This document shows positions 41,641-56,510 of a stretch of DNA of 64,000 bases, in pieces. A program made the position numbers and the translations under genes. Every line of letters begins with the position of its first letter. Position 1 is the stretch's first letter. The notes below the pieces were generated by a model that was not told the DNA's origin, searched no databases, and was given only the letters and a program-made list of their open reading frames with translations. The stretch comes from Octopus vulgaris (lineage: Eukaryota): the NCBI GenBank assembly GCA_951406725.2, contig OX597832.1:10230001-10294000 (forward strand). Reading direction: 5' to 3'.

Positions 41641-41687
41641 TCGGATTAGCGCTTTCTCCCACTCGAGTGGGCTTTTCAAATCAAATC
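41641..41687 (-). ncRNA. Variant/degenerate type I hammerhead motif
   Basis: Minus strand gat-TTGAAAA-gcccac(tcga)gtggga-GAAA-gcgc-TA-atc; palindromic AGCGCT stem III. Confidence 0.5.
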
Positions 41688-41692
41688 GATTT

Positions 41693-41790
<98 letters not shown>

Positions 41791-42829
41791 GCACCTACTA
41801 TATACACATGCTCAAAGAAACACGCGCTTGTATGATTAGCGGAAATACGAATAAATGTTTTTATATATTTATGGACTTGCTTTGCTATATTCCTGATGTG
41901 GCATCGTGTCTTGAAGCAGATGTTATTTTGTGAGGGTAATTTTTTCTTGCCAAGTAAATACACGCACAGTATATATTCGTTCTTCACCCGTTTTTTTTTT
42001 ATTATTCTTGTTTCATCATATATCCAATCTCTGGAAACCTTTTGTCACACATCTCTGACCTCTGCAGTGTCTCTTCCATCCCACTTGTCTCCTGGTCTGT
42101 TCAGTGCATTCTGTCTGTCTATGATGTGTATCTTTATCTGTGCATGCCTTTTGATCTGGATCTGAGAGTGTATGTGAGTGTGTGTGAGTGTGTGCGAGCA
42201 CGTGCCTGCGCGTGTGAATGTGCGTGCGCGCATGTGCATGTGTCTGTAAGTATTTTGTATGTGAGTTTTGTGTGTGTTCATGTGGGATTTTTACAATATT
42301 TATGTCAGTGCCCTTTATATATATTTTTTTCATTTACTTACCTATCGCTATTTTTTTTATTCAGTGAGATGTATGTGTATATGTGTGTCTTTTGTGTGTA
42401 TTTGTGAGTTTATGTAATCTTGTGTATCCGTGTCTCCTTTTTTGTTTTGCTTCTATCTGAAGTCGTCGTCTTGCGCAAGGTAGTTCCGGTGGGTGTTGTT
42501 TTTCATTCGGCTGCATCTGTATGCGTGATTAGGCATATACATTGTTTTATACAGCTCTCAGTATTGTTATGTTATTTGTGTGTGTGTATGTACATAAGTC
42601 TATCTGCATATGTGTATACATGTATTTGTATGGGTGCGGGAATGTTTGTATATATTATGATTGAGATAGTCATGTCAGTGTGTCGGCGCCTTGTATAACA
42701 CCACTACACATTTACGCCTATTAAATTGGACAGCATTGTTGTAGGCAGCAAAACCGTTCGACGTTGCTCTTCCATGGGATGTTACGACCACTATACATAC
42801 CCCTGACGATAGTAATCCTTTTTCTTCTT

Positions 42830-43570
42830 ATTTTCAGTTTTTTCACGTTTTCCGTATCATTGGGCTCCACATATTCACCACTGGAATGTTCATCAGCACT
42901 GTTGGATCTCTGCATTTCTTGATCTGAAGGTTTAGGCACAGGTAATTTTTCTGGGTACTCTTCTGGGCGCATTGCTGATTGTAAATTTGGGCAAACAATA
43001 AGTTTTTTTTTTCTTTGCTGAAGTAGAGCCTGTAAATCATGGTGACAGAAATAGCAATCATTAGAGTGATTTTTCTGCTCACGCCAAATCACTGGCACAC
43101 CAAACTTTATGTGAACATTGTTTCCTGCATACCAGGCACTCAATGTCTTCACACATGTAAGGCAACAGATATCACATGCGGAGCCCATGACTTATCCTGT
43201 TCTCCTAAGTAACAAATGAAGTACACCTTGTATAATTTCTTGATATGGCATGTAATACTGCGCTTTCTTTAGCAAGATGTAACATAATCTGTTTGGACTA
43301 GTTTTGCACTGTCTTGCACTCATCCTTGAAAACAAATAAGATCTGAAAGATAAAAAACATAGTATGAAACACAAGCTTTGAAGTCTAAAGAATTTTGTGA
43401 TAAACTCAATTCACTATAAGCACACAATAATAAACAGGAAAATATAATTTTAAGAAGATCATCTCAAATTCCATTTTACATGTAAATTAGGAATTTTTCA
43501 AACTCATACAAATGACAAATCAGTGAGAAAAATTAAGCTATGCACACAAAAAACTTATTGGGTAACACTC
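42830..43570 (-). mobile_element. Decayed Chapaev3-like transposon, 5' part (Cys-rich N-terminal domain)
   Basis: CKTSPNRLCYI; CCLTCVKTLSAWYAG; FGVPVIWREQKNHSNDCYFC; PNLQSAMRP..LPVPKP. Confidence 0.78.
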
Positions 43571-44267
43571 GTAAAATAACTTTGGCTTTCTTGCTGCTAT
43601 TCCAGTTTTACGTTCTTAGAGTTACATAGTCTTTGTCTCTGACAATGCTTATGAGCCAACAAAACCATTAACGAGATTAAACAAGAAGCTGTTTTATCTT
43701 CTGTCGACATCTTACACTCGTGAAATTCATGAACAACAAAATCAGCAGTTAAGCCCAAGGCTGGGTGGATAACATCAGCTGAATTGTCATAGGATTTCTA
43801 TTTCAATATTACATTCTTGGACTTTCATAACAAAACAACTGTCAAATATGAAACCAGAAATAACTATATACTGACGATATGATACACTCACTGACGACCA
43901 AATACAGTTCTCAGCTGGACACTTCGATATAAAACAACCTTTAACAAAATTCTTGTGAACACCGGGATAGGCTTGCACTTTATGTCTTCATTTACGTCCT
44001 TTTTAGCGAAATATTACTTGCTTCCACCATTTGGATAATGTCTCTGAAACTTTATGCATACTGTCTTATTATGTTTGTATGATAAAAAGCATTATATTCT
44101 AGATAATACAAGAAAATATATGGAATCCTACCTTCCGTCCGTAACGATCCCACTTGTTTTTCTTTACTAAATGTAATCTCTAATTTGTAGAAAACGGAAT
44201 ACTTGAAATCTCTTAACCGTAAATTTGTTATTTGTCATATCACTTGCAAACCACATCCAAAGACGAA

Positions 44268-44316
<49 letters not shown>

Positions 44317-45071
44317 CACACATATATATATATTTGCAATATGTATCTATGTGTTACTAAACTTTTATGATTTTACCTCTTGCCCCCCGCCCCCATATTG
44401 CCGATATGTTGTTCCACCAACGATTAGTCGAAGAAATCTATATCAGATTTATGTGTAGCTGGTATTTATTATATCAGATTCGTTTTCTTGAACACCTACT
44501 TTAGAGGATATAATCAAGACAACAGTAGTGTCCTCCACTTGCTTGCAGTCCCTCCTCATTCACATTCACACAAACATACACACTCATTCACAAACCTATA
44601 TATAATACATTTCCATATGCACGCCTAAAAACATAATTTAACGTTGTCCATCTGGAGGAGAGAAAAGGAGAGAGAGAGAGAAACGGTGAGAGAGACTAGA
44701 GGAGGGCAGAACAAACAGTGTTCAATATAATATTGTATACAATGGCCTGTTTAGTTTTGAACGTCCGTATAACTTATACAGAATCGATATTTAATCAATT
44801 TAATAATCCAAGAAACAGGACGACTGCATTATGTTATGGATAATTTTGAAATACATCTGCAAAATCCGAGTATTGTTATATTATGTCTGAAACATATCCT
44901 AATTTGAAGTATTTATATACAATTTTGTTCAATTATGTGTTATGTTGTAAAGAATGCGTGCGTTTGGTATATTTCAGTAGCATTTAACGTTGACTCTGTT
45001 CATATGTACTATATTGTCAATTGTAGAAAATCTTTTGTTAAGTAGATTAGATGCAGTCAGACATACCAACA

Positions 45072-45127
<56 letters not shown>

Positions 45128-45140
45128 AACATACATGTAT

Positions 45141-45212
<72 letters not shown>

Positions 45213-45235
45213 ACAGATATATGCGTACATATAAA

Positions 45236-45445
45236 GGCGGTGAGCTGGCGGAAACCTTAGCACGCCGGGCGAAATGCGTAGCCGTATTTCGTCTGCCGTT
45301 ACGTTCTGAGTTAAAATTCCCCTTTCGGGGTCGATAAATTAAGTACCAGTTACGCACTGGGATCGATCTAAACGACTTAATCTGTTTGTTTGTCTGTCCT
45401 TGTTTGTCCCCTCTGTGTTTAGCCCCTTGTGGGTAGTAAAGAAAT
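45236..45445 (+). mobile_element. SINE family B with 16-bp TSD
   Basis: TSD agatatatgcgtacat at 45215-45230 and 45446-45461; internal deletion in the core. Confidence 0.9.
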
Positions 45446-46694
45446 AGATATATGCGTACATTTATACATAATATATACAAAAATATACATGATCATATGT
45501 ATACATATAGCCATACGCATTTATATAGAATTATATAGATGTAAGTATATATATGCGCAGCAACGCACAAAAATCATCCGCGCTCACACACAAAACGCAC
45601 TGAGACAGGGTCACACACACATGCTTAAACACAACGTGTGCTCAAGCATTCCTTTGAATGTGAACCTCCATTACTAATTTACATGCCACCCGAGAGGGGT
45701 TGTACCCTCCTATATAGACGTTACGTAGATTACATTAAATTTGGCTACAATGACTAGACTTGGTATGAATGCACTAATTGTTTTTCTGCCCCTCCTCGAG
45801 GTAGGTGAGATTCGAACTCAGAATATAGAGAGCCGGTATATATATGTAAAGCTTTACTTCAAAACGCAACAATTTTTGTGCTTCTGGACTACACACTTTA
45901 CATCAGTTATTTAATAATCCGTATATTTATATCACTTGTTACCTATGATATTCAGCTATTATTTGGCATTGATATCATTGTGTACCTTTTGGTGGATGTT
46001 TAGCCTTAGATAGAATTCATGCGTGTAAATAAAGTAAAATTTTCTGGCGGTATTTACTCGTGAGCAAATAAAGATCATACGTTAGCAAATGCAAGACATC
46101 GCTTGGTCGTCCGATTTACAATGTCACAATAGTGGCTGTAATTACTGGCACAAAATCACCAATTTCAGCGGTGCTTGATTACGCTTTATACCAAACCGAG
46201 TAATAAATTTGAACTTACAACATAAACAGGCAGAATAGGTAGTTCGATGTACTAAAAATTAAGCCAATTCACAGCCTTATACTTTTAATTATTAAACATT
46301 TCTAATCAAATAAGCACGGGAAAATATCATTAAGTAGTAAATTTTGATTAATGAGTTATTTTAACCAAAGTGAATACTTTAATACTATCATCTACAGTTT
46401 CAACTGGTAGGTTGGTTTTAAAGTAGAAGTTGGAAAATTATCATATTTTACGTACATGAAATATAGTTTCTCTTTCAAAGTTCCATAATAATAAAAACAT
46501 GCATGTAATCTGTGTATTCATTTAACATTTGGCGATGTAGAGTGCTGTATTCTGTATTTCTCAAAAGTAAAAAAGCAATATTAATGAAAAAAAATTAGGT
46601 TCTGCAATGGAATAAAATAAAGAAGGCAGGTTGATGTACAGTAAAATAAGTGAAAATAAAAAAGAATTGATGACGATGTGCAAAAGAAGAACGA

Positions 46695-46908
46695 AGAGGA
46701 GGAGGAGGAGGAGGAGGAGGATGGGGAGAGAATGAGGAGGAGGAGGAGAGGAGGAGGAGGAGGAGGAGGAGGAGGAGGGGAAAGGGGAATGGAAACCTAG
46801 GAGGGAATATCTGAAGGATTACTGAAAAAATGAAGCGGAGGGTGATTAGAAATAAATAAATAAAAGAATACAGAAAAGATAAGAAAAATAAGAAGCAGCA
46901 GCGGCAGT

Positions 46909-46985
<77 letters not shown>

Positions 46986-47069
46986 AAGAAAAAGAAGAGG
47001 CACCTGCACCAGCACCAGCAGCAGCAGTAGTAGTAGTATTAGTAGTAGTAGTATTAGTAGTAGTAGTAT

Positions 47070-47110
<41 letters not shown>

Positions 47111-47170
47111 AAGGAGAAGAGCAAAAAGGAGGAGGAGAAGAAGAAGAAGAAGAAAAGAAGAAGAAGAAAC
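46695..47170. repeat. Compound trinucleotide tract (GAG/CAG/TAG/AAG)
   Basis: Direct reading. Confidence 0.95.
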
Positions 47171-47694
47171 TTTTGAGCATGAACAACCACATAACACTAA
47201 AGAGAAAACGAATCTGGTACGAATGTGGAAAAGGTGACCAGAGACTATACTAAAGTATTACAATCATTATGTCAGGCCTAAATGTAACCGAAGTGTTGTT
47301 GAGTGAATAAATGTGAAATGTATATTTTGCATGAAGTAACAGTTTATTTTAAAAGACATTTTTAAAATGATGGATGATGTAGGCATTATGTGGCAAGCAA
47401 CGGCTAGTCTAGACAGAAGAGCAATGAAACTTTTGGGCCATGGAGTTAAGAAGCCATAATACTTCGTAAATATCATATAAAATATTGCGCCAAACACCTA
47501 GCGAAAATGCACGTATAAACGTATATGTATCTATATGTTTGGGCATGTATGTATATATACACGAATTCGAAATTATCAATATTTCCGCGAATATGTACTA
47601 GGATCGATCTCTTAGCCTAAGAAAATATCATCATCTTAGGTGATGCCCCATATGGTTGCAATCCAATGACTGAAACAAATAAAGGATACATGAT

Positions 47695-47923
47695 ATATAT
47701 TTCTTTACTACCCACAAGGGGGCAAAACACAGAGGAGACAAACAAGGACAGACAAACGGGTTAAGTCGATTACATCGACTCCAGTGCGTAACTGGTACTT
47801 AATTTATCGACCCCGGAAGGATGAAAGGCAAAGTCGACCTAGGCGGAATTTGAACTCGGAATGTAACGGCAGACGAAATACGGCAACGCATTTCGCCCGG
47901 CGTGCTAACGTTTCTGCCAGCTC
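47695..47923 (-). mobile_element. SINE family B
   Basis: Near-identical to 14338-14557. Confidence 0.88.
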
Positions 47924-48117
47924 ATAGGAACTGTATATAGGCGGGGGGGGCGGTGACTGAGTATACGTGTGAGTGTGAGCGTGAATGCGTGCGCGTGTGG
48001 TTGTGTGTGTGAGTGTGCGTTTCTTTAAATTTAAATTTAAATGCGAAATCGTATTTAAATTGTGACGAAAATTATATATGAAATTAACAGAACATACCAT
48101 TAATGATTAATTAACGT

Positions 48118-48275
48118 AGGCGTAGTCGTGTGGTAAGAAGTAAGCTTCCAAACCACATGGTTGTAGGTTCAGTTCCAGTGTGTGTTAACTTGGGCAAGTA
48201 TCTTCTACTATAGCCACGGACAGACCAATGCCTTCTGAGTGTAAATACTACATGGAAACTGAAAAGGCCATCATA
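48118..48275 (+). mobile_element. SINE family C 5' fragment
   Basis: gtgtggtaagaag..aaccacatggtt..gttcagttcca..cttctactatagcc; similar fragments at 10460-10600(-) and 51225-51295(+). Confidence 0.7.
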
Positions 48276-48283
48276 CATACATG

Positions 48284-48360
<77 letters not shown>

Positions 48361-48662
48361 GAAATACGTTACAAAAAGAAAATATAAAATGCACGTTGAA
48401 ATGTAAGGGTAAAATATGAAAAATCAAAGAAAATGCACGTTGTAAATAAAAAAAAGGCTTTTTATGAATGGTAACGACAAATATATACATTCAGATGGAC
48501 TGAGGTAGTAATAAAAGTCATTCATATGAGATGATTATAAAGTCAGAAAACAAAGCGCACCATTGTTTCCTCAAAGCTATTCATCGCTTTGAAAGCACCG
48601 GCTAATACACGGTGTCAGGTCTAATAGTTCCTGAGAACTATATATATATATATATATATATA

Positions 48663-48779
48663 TAAATGTAATATGTGACAATTATTCGGTAGCCATGATA
48701 CATCTCCGCGTTTCGGATGCCGAGGTTGAAAGTCGGAGTTTTATCATGGCTACCGAATAATTGTCACATATTATATTTA
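48663..48779. repeat. Inverted repeat (~46-bp arms) between (TA)n tracts
   Basis: taatatgtgacaattattcggtagccatgata / tatcatggctaccgaataattgtcacatatta. Confidence 0.85.
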
Positions 48780-48846
48780 CAGATACATTCCTCTATTTAC
48801 ATAATATCGAGGTCTATTTCATTCTTTTGTTGTCTACCATTTTTAT

Positions 48847-48905
<59 letters not shown>

Positions 48906-51101
48906 ACGGATCGACAGCAGATAACGTATTTACGTCCCTGTAAGAGATGCGGCTTATGTGACCGATAGAATAAATAACAAGTTTGAAAATAATTGCAACG
49001 GATGATTAGTTCGACTAAAATTCCTCCAGGCGATTTTCCTTCATGGCTGCTGTGTAATGACAAGTAAATTAATTAAAAAGAACAGAATGTATAAATTTGA
49101 AGTCATATAGAATTATTTTACTGATATTCACGCTGAAACGACTTACCCTTAATTAACAGTTTTGTGGATTCGTATCTATATGCTCCATTTTAGAAATGTT
49201 TGTGAACTTAATGTGCCAGAAATTATTCATAATTCATGTGGACAATGTTCTTATACTTCTCCAAGGATTAATAATTGTGTTATTATATTTGCGTTAATTA
49301 CGGAAAAACAATGGTATAATTAGAATCCATTCACATCCTCCTCCTCTATATTTGTTTACGCTGCATTTAAAGCTTAATTATCAAATGTTTACGAAGAAAT
49401 TTTTTGTCTTTAGTTGGTGTTACGTAGTAACGGAAGCTTTTGTTCATTATAAGCATTACACTTAAATTTGATAAAGAAATGATGAAAATCCTAATTCAGA
49501 ATATCAGTATTAAATCATAAAAGTATGATATTATGTGATTTTATGCTTTGATGTCCGTTTTTGTGTTAAAATTACTATCATCACCAATGTTACAAAGCGC
49601 TGAAATCTATATTTACATATTGGCATTATGTTTACATTCTTTCAACATATTTATGATTCTAATTAAACTTTCTAACAACAATGCATACATAAATGATATA
49701 CACTTATCAAGAGCATGTAATTTTGCTTCGCACTATAATATATGAAAACCCATAGCGATCAACGATGAGATATACAATTTACTACGTTCAATTTTGTTTT
49801 CATTTTCCAATTGGAAATTACAAATTCACAAACACGCACATACACACACACACACACGAACGCACGAACACACGTAGGGATGCATGTATCCGCGCACACA
49901 CATATGTACTTCAACGTAGTTTCTACTCCACTCGTCTCATTATGCCCTTTTCTCCACTTCATTATTTGTTTTCTTTAACTGACTGTAATTGATATCATAT
50001 TTTAGTTCATTCTTAATATTTCACCCCATAAAATCCATTGTTTTTCTGTCTCTCTCCTGTCATGCAATTGGTTTTGTTATAAACTATTTTTTGCACATCA
50101 ATATATTTGTTCATCTAGGACTGGACCAGCCGCAAACCTTTTATTTGTCAAGACGGAATCAGTGAACTAATTAGAATTCTTTTGATTGTTCATCTCTTAT
50201 TTCTTCATTTTAAATGTTTGCCCCAAATTTGCTTACTTTTAGCATTATTCTTTTTCACAAACATCATGATACGAAGTGTAATGTAGCATGTAGTTTCATG
50301 AAATTATTCTTTCGCTAAGTCTTATATGACATTATTCAATTATAGATAAGAACCGAAAATAGTGTTTCAATAAATAGTTGAGAAAATAGATTTTACTCTA
50401 GATCAGTATAGTAGAGTAACTTCTTTGCAGCATATGGTGTGTCACTCTGAATCTAAGGTATAATCTCATATTAGCTGTTAGAATGTCCGTCATCATTTTT
50501 CTATTACAAATATCACCAACATTCCTCATTTTTACTTGGTGAAGATTGGAAATGAAAACAACGTTATTCATATATACCTATGTTTCAAATGCTTTTGGTC
50601 GTATGCCTACTCATACAATTTTGATATATGATGATCAACATGAAGTATACAATTCTTTGAAAATTCTATGCAAACGATAACAATGAATTTCTTACATCTG
50701 TAACATCGATTGATGTCTAATAGAATCAGGAACTTTTAAGAAACATATTGTAAACACTCATGACCTCTGAAATTTATGAAATTTATTGCAAAGCATTGTT
50801 CGGTAATTCATTTTGATTGACGATTAACGTAGACAGTCACGTCAGAAGAGAGTGTATTTCAGAAACAACATTTGATTTTCTAGCACATATATATGTTTCA
50901 CTTACGTCCTACGAGATAACATTAGACTACGTGTATGGCGTCACACTCCCGTATATATTTCTCACATATTGTTTCACATTCACATATTCATTTATATCAA
51001 TGAAAGTTTTAGACTAACATTGTATATATATATATAATTCGAGCGCAGAAATGAACGTACGTATAGCCAGAGATTCCCATGGGTACATAACACACTCACA
51101 C

Positions 51102-51206
<105 letters not shown>

Positions 51207-51379
51207 TATATGCTCAGAGAGAGATGGGTTGAGCTATGTGGCTATACTAAGAAGTTTGCTTCCTAACCACATGGATTCAGGTTCAGTGTCACTGAACGCG
51301 TAGACACATAATTTGTGTATTACCCACATCTCTAAATTCTCTGTAGACAGCATCCCTCCATTCCTGAGAATGATATTTA

Positions 51380-51800
51380 CAAGCACCTACTGTGTAACTT
51401 CCGCCCTCTGACAATTTGCCCTGTACATACTCACTGCAGAAAGTCTAACTTAATTTACGAATGCAATGTCCGCAACACGGTACACAATTCTACAGCGATA
51501 TAAGGCCAACGATAAACTGTAAACAAAGACACCCTGCACATCACAATATTTTTAAACATAAGAATCAGAGTGCATCCACAAACGTCGACGGTCATACACA
51601 GCAATTTAAAAATAGGAATATTCCATATGACTTATCATGGTCCATAAAATATTATGGGTTTCTATACTAGGGTCAGTGCGCAGCCTGTAATCTATAACTA
51701 AAAGAGGCATAACATATATTAAAACATAATTCTTCGCTATTACTAAATAAGAATAATGAGCCCCTAGATACGTACAACCACCACTATTTCAAATTTTACC
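51380..51800 (+). mobile_element. Decayed Penelope-like GIY-YIG fragment
   Basis: CNFR..CPV..CRKSNLIYEC..KQRHPAHHNIFKH..KNRNIPYDLSWSI..CNL.LKE..LLNKNNE. Confidence 0.72.
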
Positions 51801-52245
51801 ACAGATCTAAATGCAACCTAAATCACTACGCAGTAAATATACCGAATACTCCACGGTAACCTTGAACAACCATATTTGACTTTATAACATAATATACCAT
51901 AAGTTATTTAAAAAACCCCAAAAGGCCAACAATTTATTTCGACTTTATACAGTTTTTTTTTATATATAAACTATTCAATTTCCTTACATATAATTCTCAT
52001 CAGGATAAGAAATGGAGGATCGTAAAAAGTAAATTCAAATGCTTATGGATTGTCAACGTGAGCGTTAGCCATTCAACTACATATCAATTACATAACAAAT
52101 AAAATAAACCAAATCATAACGAACAAAATAATAAATGTAAATAGAATCTACAACTATCGAAATTTATTTTTATATATCTCAAATAATATCATTACAATTT
52201 TTTTATGACTAAAGCAATTTTTCGCTATTATAGCAATATACAACA

Positions 52246-52314
<69 letters not shown>

Positions 52315-53473
52315 AAGTATCAGGGCTTTACACAATCTAGAAACTGCAATAAAAAGTGTAAAAAAGATATAAAGGATAATTATATATTTAATATATATTA
52401 ACTGTTCTATTTATTTTAAGCTGTTGATAAGAAAAGGTTGTTTAAAATAACCAATAAGAAGTGTTTTCTATTTGTTGTTTTTCAGAGGGACAATTATTGC
52501 GGAATAGATATGAATAGAAACTTACCAAAAAAATTATTTGGTTTCTTAATTTATCGTAGAGAGAATTCTGTCATAAATATGAAGATAAATTTAGAGCTAC
52601 ATACATTATTACAAAAATACGCCATAAATTGTGATATATGCTGTAATAATAGATATGAGAAGAAGATTTGAAGTTTCTTAACTAAGGATTATTATTCGTA
52701 TATTATACAAGGGATATATCCCTAAATAAAATCAATATAAAAAACATAATATAATTAAGATTATTATTTAATTAAAGTACTACATATATTATATACCTAA
52801 CATTTATTAATCCACTCGGAAGAAATAAAATAACATTATTGTAATAGGAATACAAGTATACACAACCAAATATAATAATAATTATTATTGTAGTTATTAA
52901 ATTTTGGAAGTAAGTTAAATAAATCAATTTTTATTATTATTATAATCATCAATTAATTAATTACTGAAAATAACATTTTCTATACATATAATCATTTAGT
53001 ATAATAAATACATATTCTTTGTAATAAGCAATTGATATTAAATTGCTAATATAATGATGCATCTACTACAAGATTACGCATTATAGTATATACCCGAATT
53101 TTATTAATTCATTCATAAGTAAAAAAAAAAATAATATTTTTTATAATAATACAAGTTATAAAGCATACAATACTATGACAATTATTATTTTGCTTATTGT
53201 CATCATCATCATCATCATCATCATCCTCACCATCATCATCATCATCATCATCACCATCATCATTAATTAATAAATTAAGTCAACGCATATACATATATAT
53301 ATATATGTTTGTGTGTGTGTGTGTATGTGTCTATGGAAGTATATGTAAACATCTGTATGAATTACAATGTATACATACGTGCTCATATGGTACGTGTATA
53401 CGTGTGTAAGTGTATATATATATATATATATATATATTCGCGTGTGTGTGTATCTTTAGTAGTATATACATAC

Positions 53474-53548
<75 letters not shown>

Positions 53549-54704
53549 TATAATCCATGTGTATGGATATGTATACGTGTGTATGTGCCTATATGCGTAT
53601 GTGTGTATGTACAGATATGGGTATATGGGTGCGTGTATAATTATTTGTAATAGGCAACTGATATTAAATTACTAATAGTTTGATGTATTTTACAGTAACA
53701 AAAAATATGCACTAAAGGGATTCAAATTTGTGAATTAATCCATTAAAATTAAATTTTCAAAATTCGACATTATTATAAATATTAGATGACAAAACTTAAA
53801 TATATACATATTTACATACATCCATATGTATACACACTTATACATACGTATACATACATATATATATATATATTTATATATATATATATATACATACACA
53901 AAAGGCACACACATATGTACACTAACACACGTATACATGCACCCATATGAGCACGTAGTTATACATTGTAATTCATACAGATGTTTACATATACTGCCAT
54001 ATATACACACACATACACACATATATATATATATGCAGAGAGATAAATATATATATATATATATATTCATATACATACACACACACACATATATATATAT
54101 ATACACACACATCTATACATATGTATACATACTTATACACATAAGTGCTCACATATAAATAGATACATACGAGTACAAATATACTCACTTAATGGAATTT
54201 TCTGAACATCTTTAGAATAGTGTGTAATTGATACACCCTACCTCTATATACAATATGTTGTGTAAAGAAAATTTATTAAATTAAGTTATCCTTAAATCTT
54301 CAATTACAATTTCTGGCTATATCATTAACTTTAATAGTATTATTATTTCTAATTTTATAAAAATCGTCGAAAGGTTTATTATTAATTCTAATTAATAATT
54401 CTAAACTAGTTTTATGACACTGAAAAACCTACTCTAATACTTTTACTATTAAATATTTTATAATATATATTATAAACCAAATATAATTATCTTTATTACA
54501 ATTACCAATATTTATATATCTATTTTTCTACTGGAAATATTTATTACACTTGTTATTTTGTTATTAATACTAGTCTTAATCATATCATCACTACTTACAA
54601 TTGAATTCGAAACATATCTACTATTACATTCACTCACTCCTTTGTCAACCACAGTATGATATTTTGAAGTTTTCATTCTTATTAAGATATATATTTCTAT
54701 TAAT

Positions 54705-55256
54705 GCGGCGAGCTTGCAGAAACGTTATCACGCCGGTCGGAAGGCTTAGCGTTATTTAGGCTGCCGCTACGTTCTGAGTTCAAAATCCGCCGAGGTCGCC
54801 TTTGCCTTTCATTGTTTCGGGGTCGATTAAATAAGTAACATTTACGAAATAATTGACTTAATCCGTTTGACTGTCCGTTTTTCCTCTCTGTGTTTAGCCT
54901 CTTGTGGGTAGTAAAGAAATAGGTATTTTGGCTGCCGTTACTTTCTCAGTTCAAATTCCGCAGAGGTTGACTTTGCAGGGTAAATAAATTAAGTACCTAG
55001 TTGCGCACTGGGGCCGATGCAATCGACTTCATCCATTTGTCTGTCCTTGTTTGTCCCCTCTATGTTTAAGTCCTTTGCGGGTAGTAAATAATAGGTACTT
55101 TTTCTGTCTTTTTCTGTTCTCATTCCGCCGAGGTCGACTTTGTTTTTCATCCTTTCGCCGTCGATGAATTAGGTACCAGTTGCGTACTGGATTCGATCTT
55201 ATCGATTGGCCTTCTCCACAAAATGTTCGGCTATTGTGCCTAGAGTAGAGAAGAAT
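54705..55256 (+). mobile_element. SINE family B, head-to-tail trimer
   Basis: Three successive ccg(c/a)gaggt(c/t)g.cttt..agtacc cores at about 54790, 54960 and 55130. Confidence 0.82.
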
Positions 55257-55489
55257 ATACTATTCCATTCCTTCTTTAGGGGTCTTATTATAATATTCGG
55301 AATTATTATCAACGATTCCATCTTTTGAGGATAAAGAAGGAAGACGACTCGAAATGTTATTAATCAAAGTTCTTGTGATCGCTATAGGATGGGTACTATG
55401 AAAGTTGATATATTTGAAATTATTGTTGGGTATATGATACGGACTGTGTAGACCAGACTTAGATTAACATTCATGTAATTAACTGAATC

Positions 55490-56510
55490 ATGATCATTTT
55501 CTATTGAGATAGATAAACCAAATATTTTAAAGAAATTATGGAATGTTTTATATATAGGTTTATTTTTCTGTCGGATTGACTATTAATCAAAAACTGTGCA
55601 TCATCTTTATAGAGCCCACCTTTATTTTCTGAAAACTCATTATGGAAATGATCCAGTATGTATATAACAACTAAGTCTGTAACCTTGGTTGCATTATCTG
55701 AGCCCAGCATTATGTTAAATTAATCAGTGTTTTCTGGCCCAATAATTGTTATCAAATAAATAATTGACTTCCAGACTTCCAAAATAAATTTTATTTCTCT
55801 TAAATTGCCGTTTGAATGTTTCCTAGCGAATATAAGTGTTCTGTTTAGTATAATGGGATTACCTGAAGAATAATAATTATTAATATCGACCTGAATGAAT
55901 TTTTACATTTATTATCTGATTTATCAATCCAATTAATGGCTTCCAGTTTATTAGACCTAGTTAAAGATCTAACGTTTACCTTTCCTTGAGATTAAAAATA
56001 TATTTGTCTAAAATACTCTTACTTAATCTACCCAGGTCAGAATTTCCTGGACAAATTAATCTAAATTTAGGGTTGGAGAAGAAGTTATCTTTGTGATGTT
56101 TCAGAACGATTTTCGGCCTCCAAGGCACCAAGATCAAAACCACACATAATTATTTAGCTTCTAAGGTAATAGGTATTAATAAATTCTTTCTTACTAACTT
56201 ATTGTTACTAGTAATTTCATTTTCTATTAAGTCATGATTTTTATAAATATCCATAAATTTCCCGTTTTGTCCGAAGGTACAATAATTCCATTTTTGCTCT
56301 ATTTTGTTAGTTCAGATACTAAACCCTTCATTTTCAACAGAAATTTGATAAATTTTGTATTCTTGACAATGATATCAAAAGCCTCGAAATGGCGGCGGGC
56401 AGGCGAACTTTTGCTGGTTTTGTAGTTCTCTATCTAAATTTCAAAATCTACTCTAAAAGGGTTTCCTTCTTTAACAATATTCCTTTCATGGAGCAAAGTG
56501 ATCCAACGAA
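55490..56510 (-). mobile_element. Decayed Penelope-like RT fragment
   Basis: IIVPSDKTGNLW, LKHHKDNFFSNPKFRLICPGNSDLGRLSKSILD, LGSDNATKVTDLVVIYIL..GGLYKDD. Confidence 0.82.

Noticed and set aside
51935-52010. Minus-strand CTGATGA..GAAA downstream of a PLE relic
   Set aside because: No stem I pairing and only weak stem II
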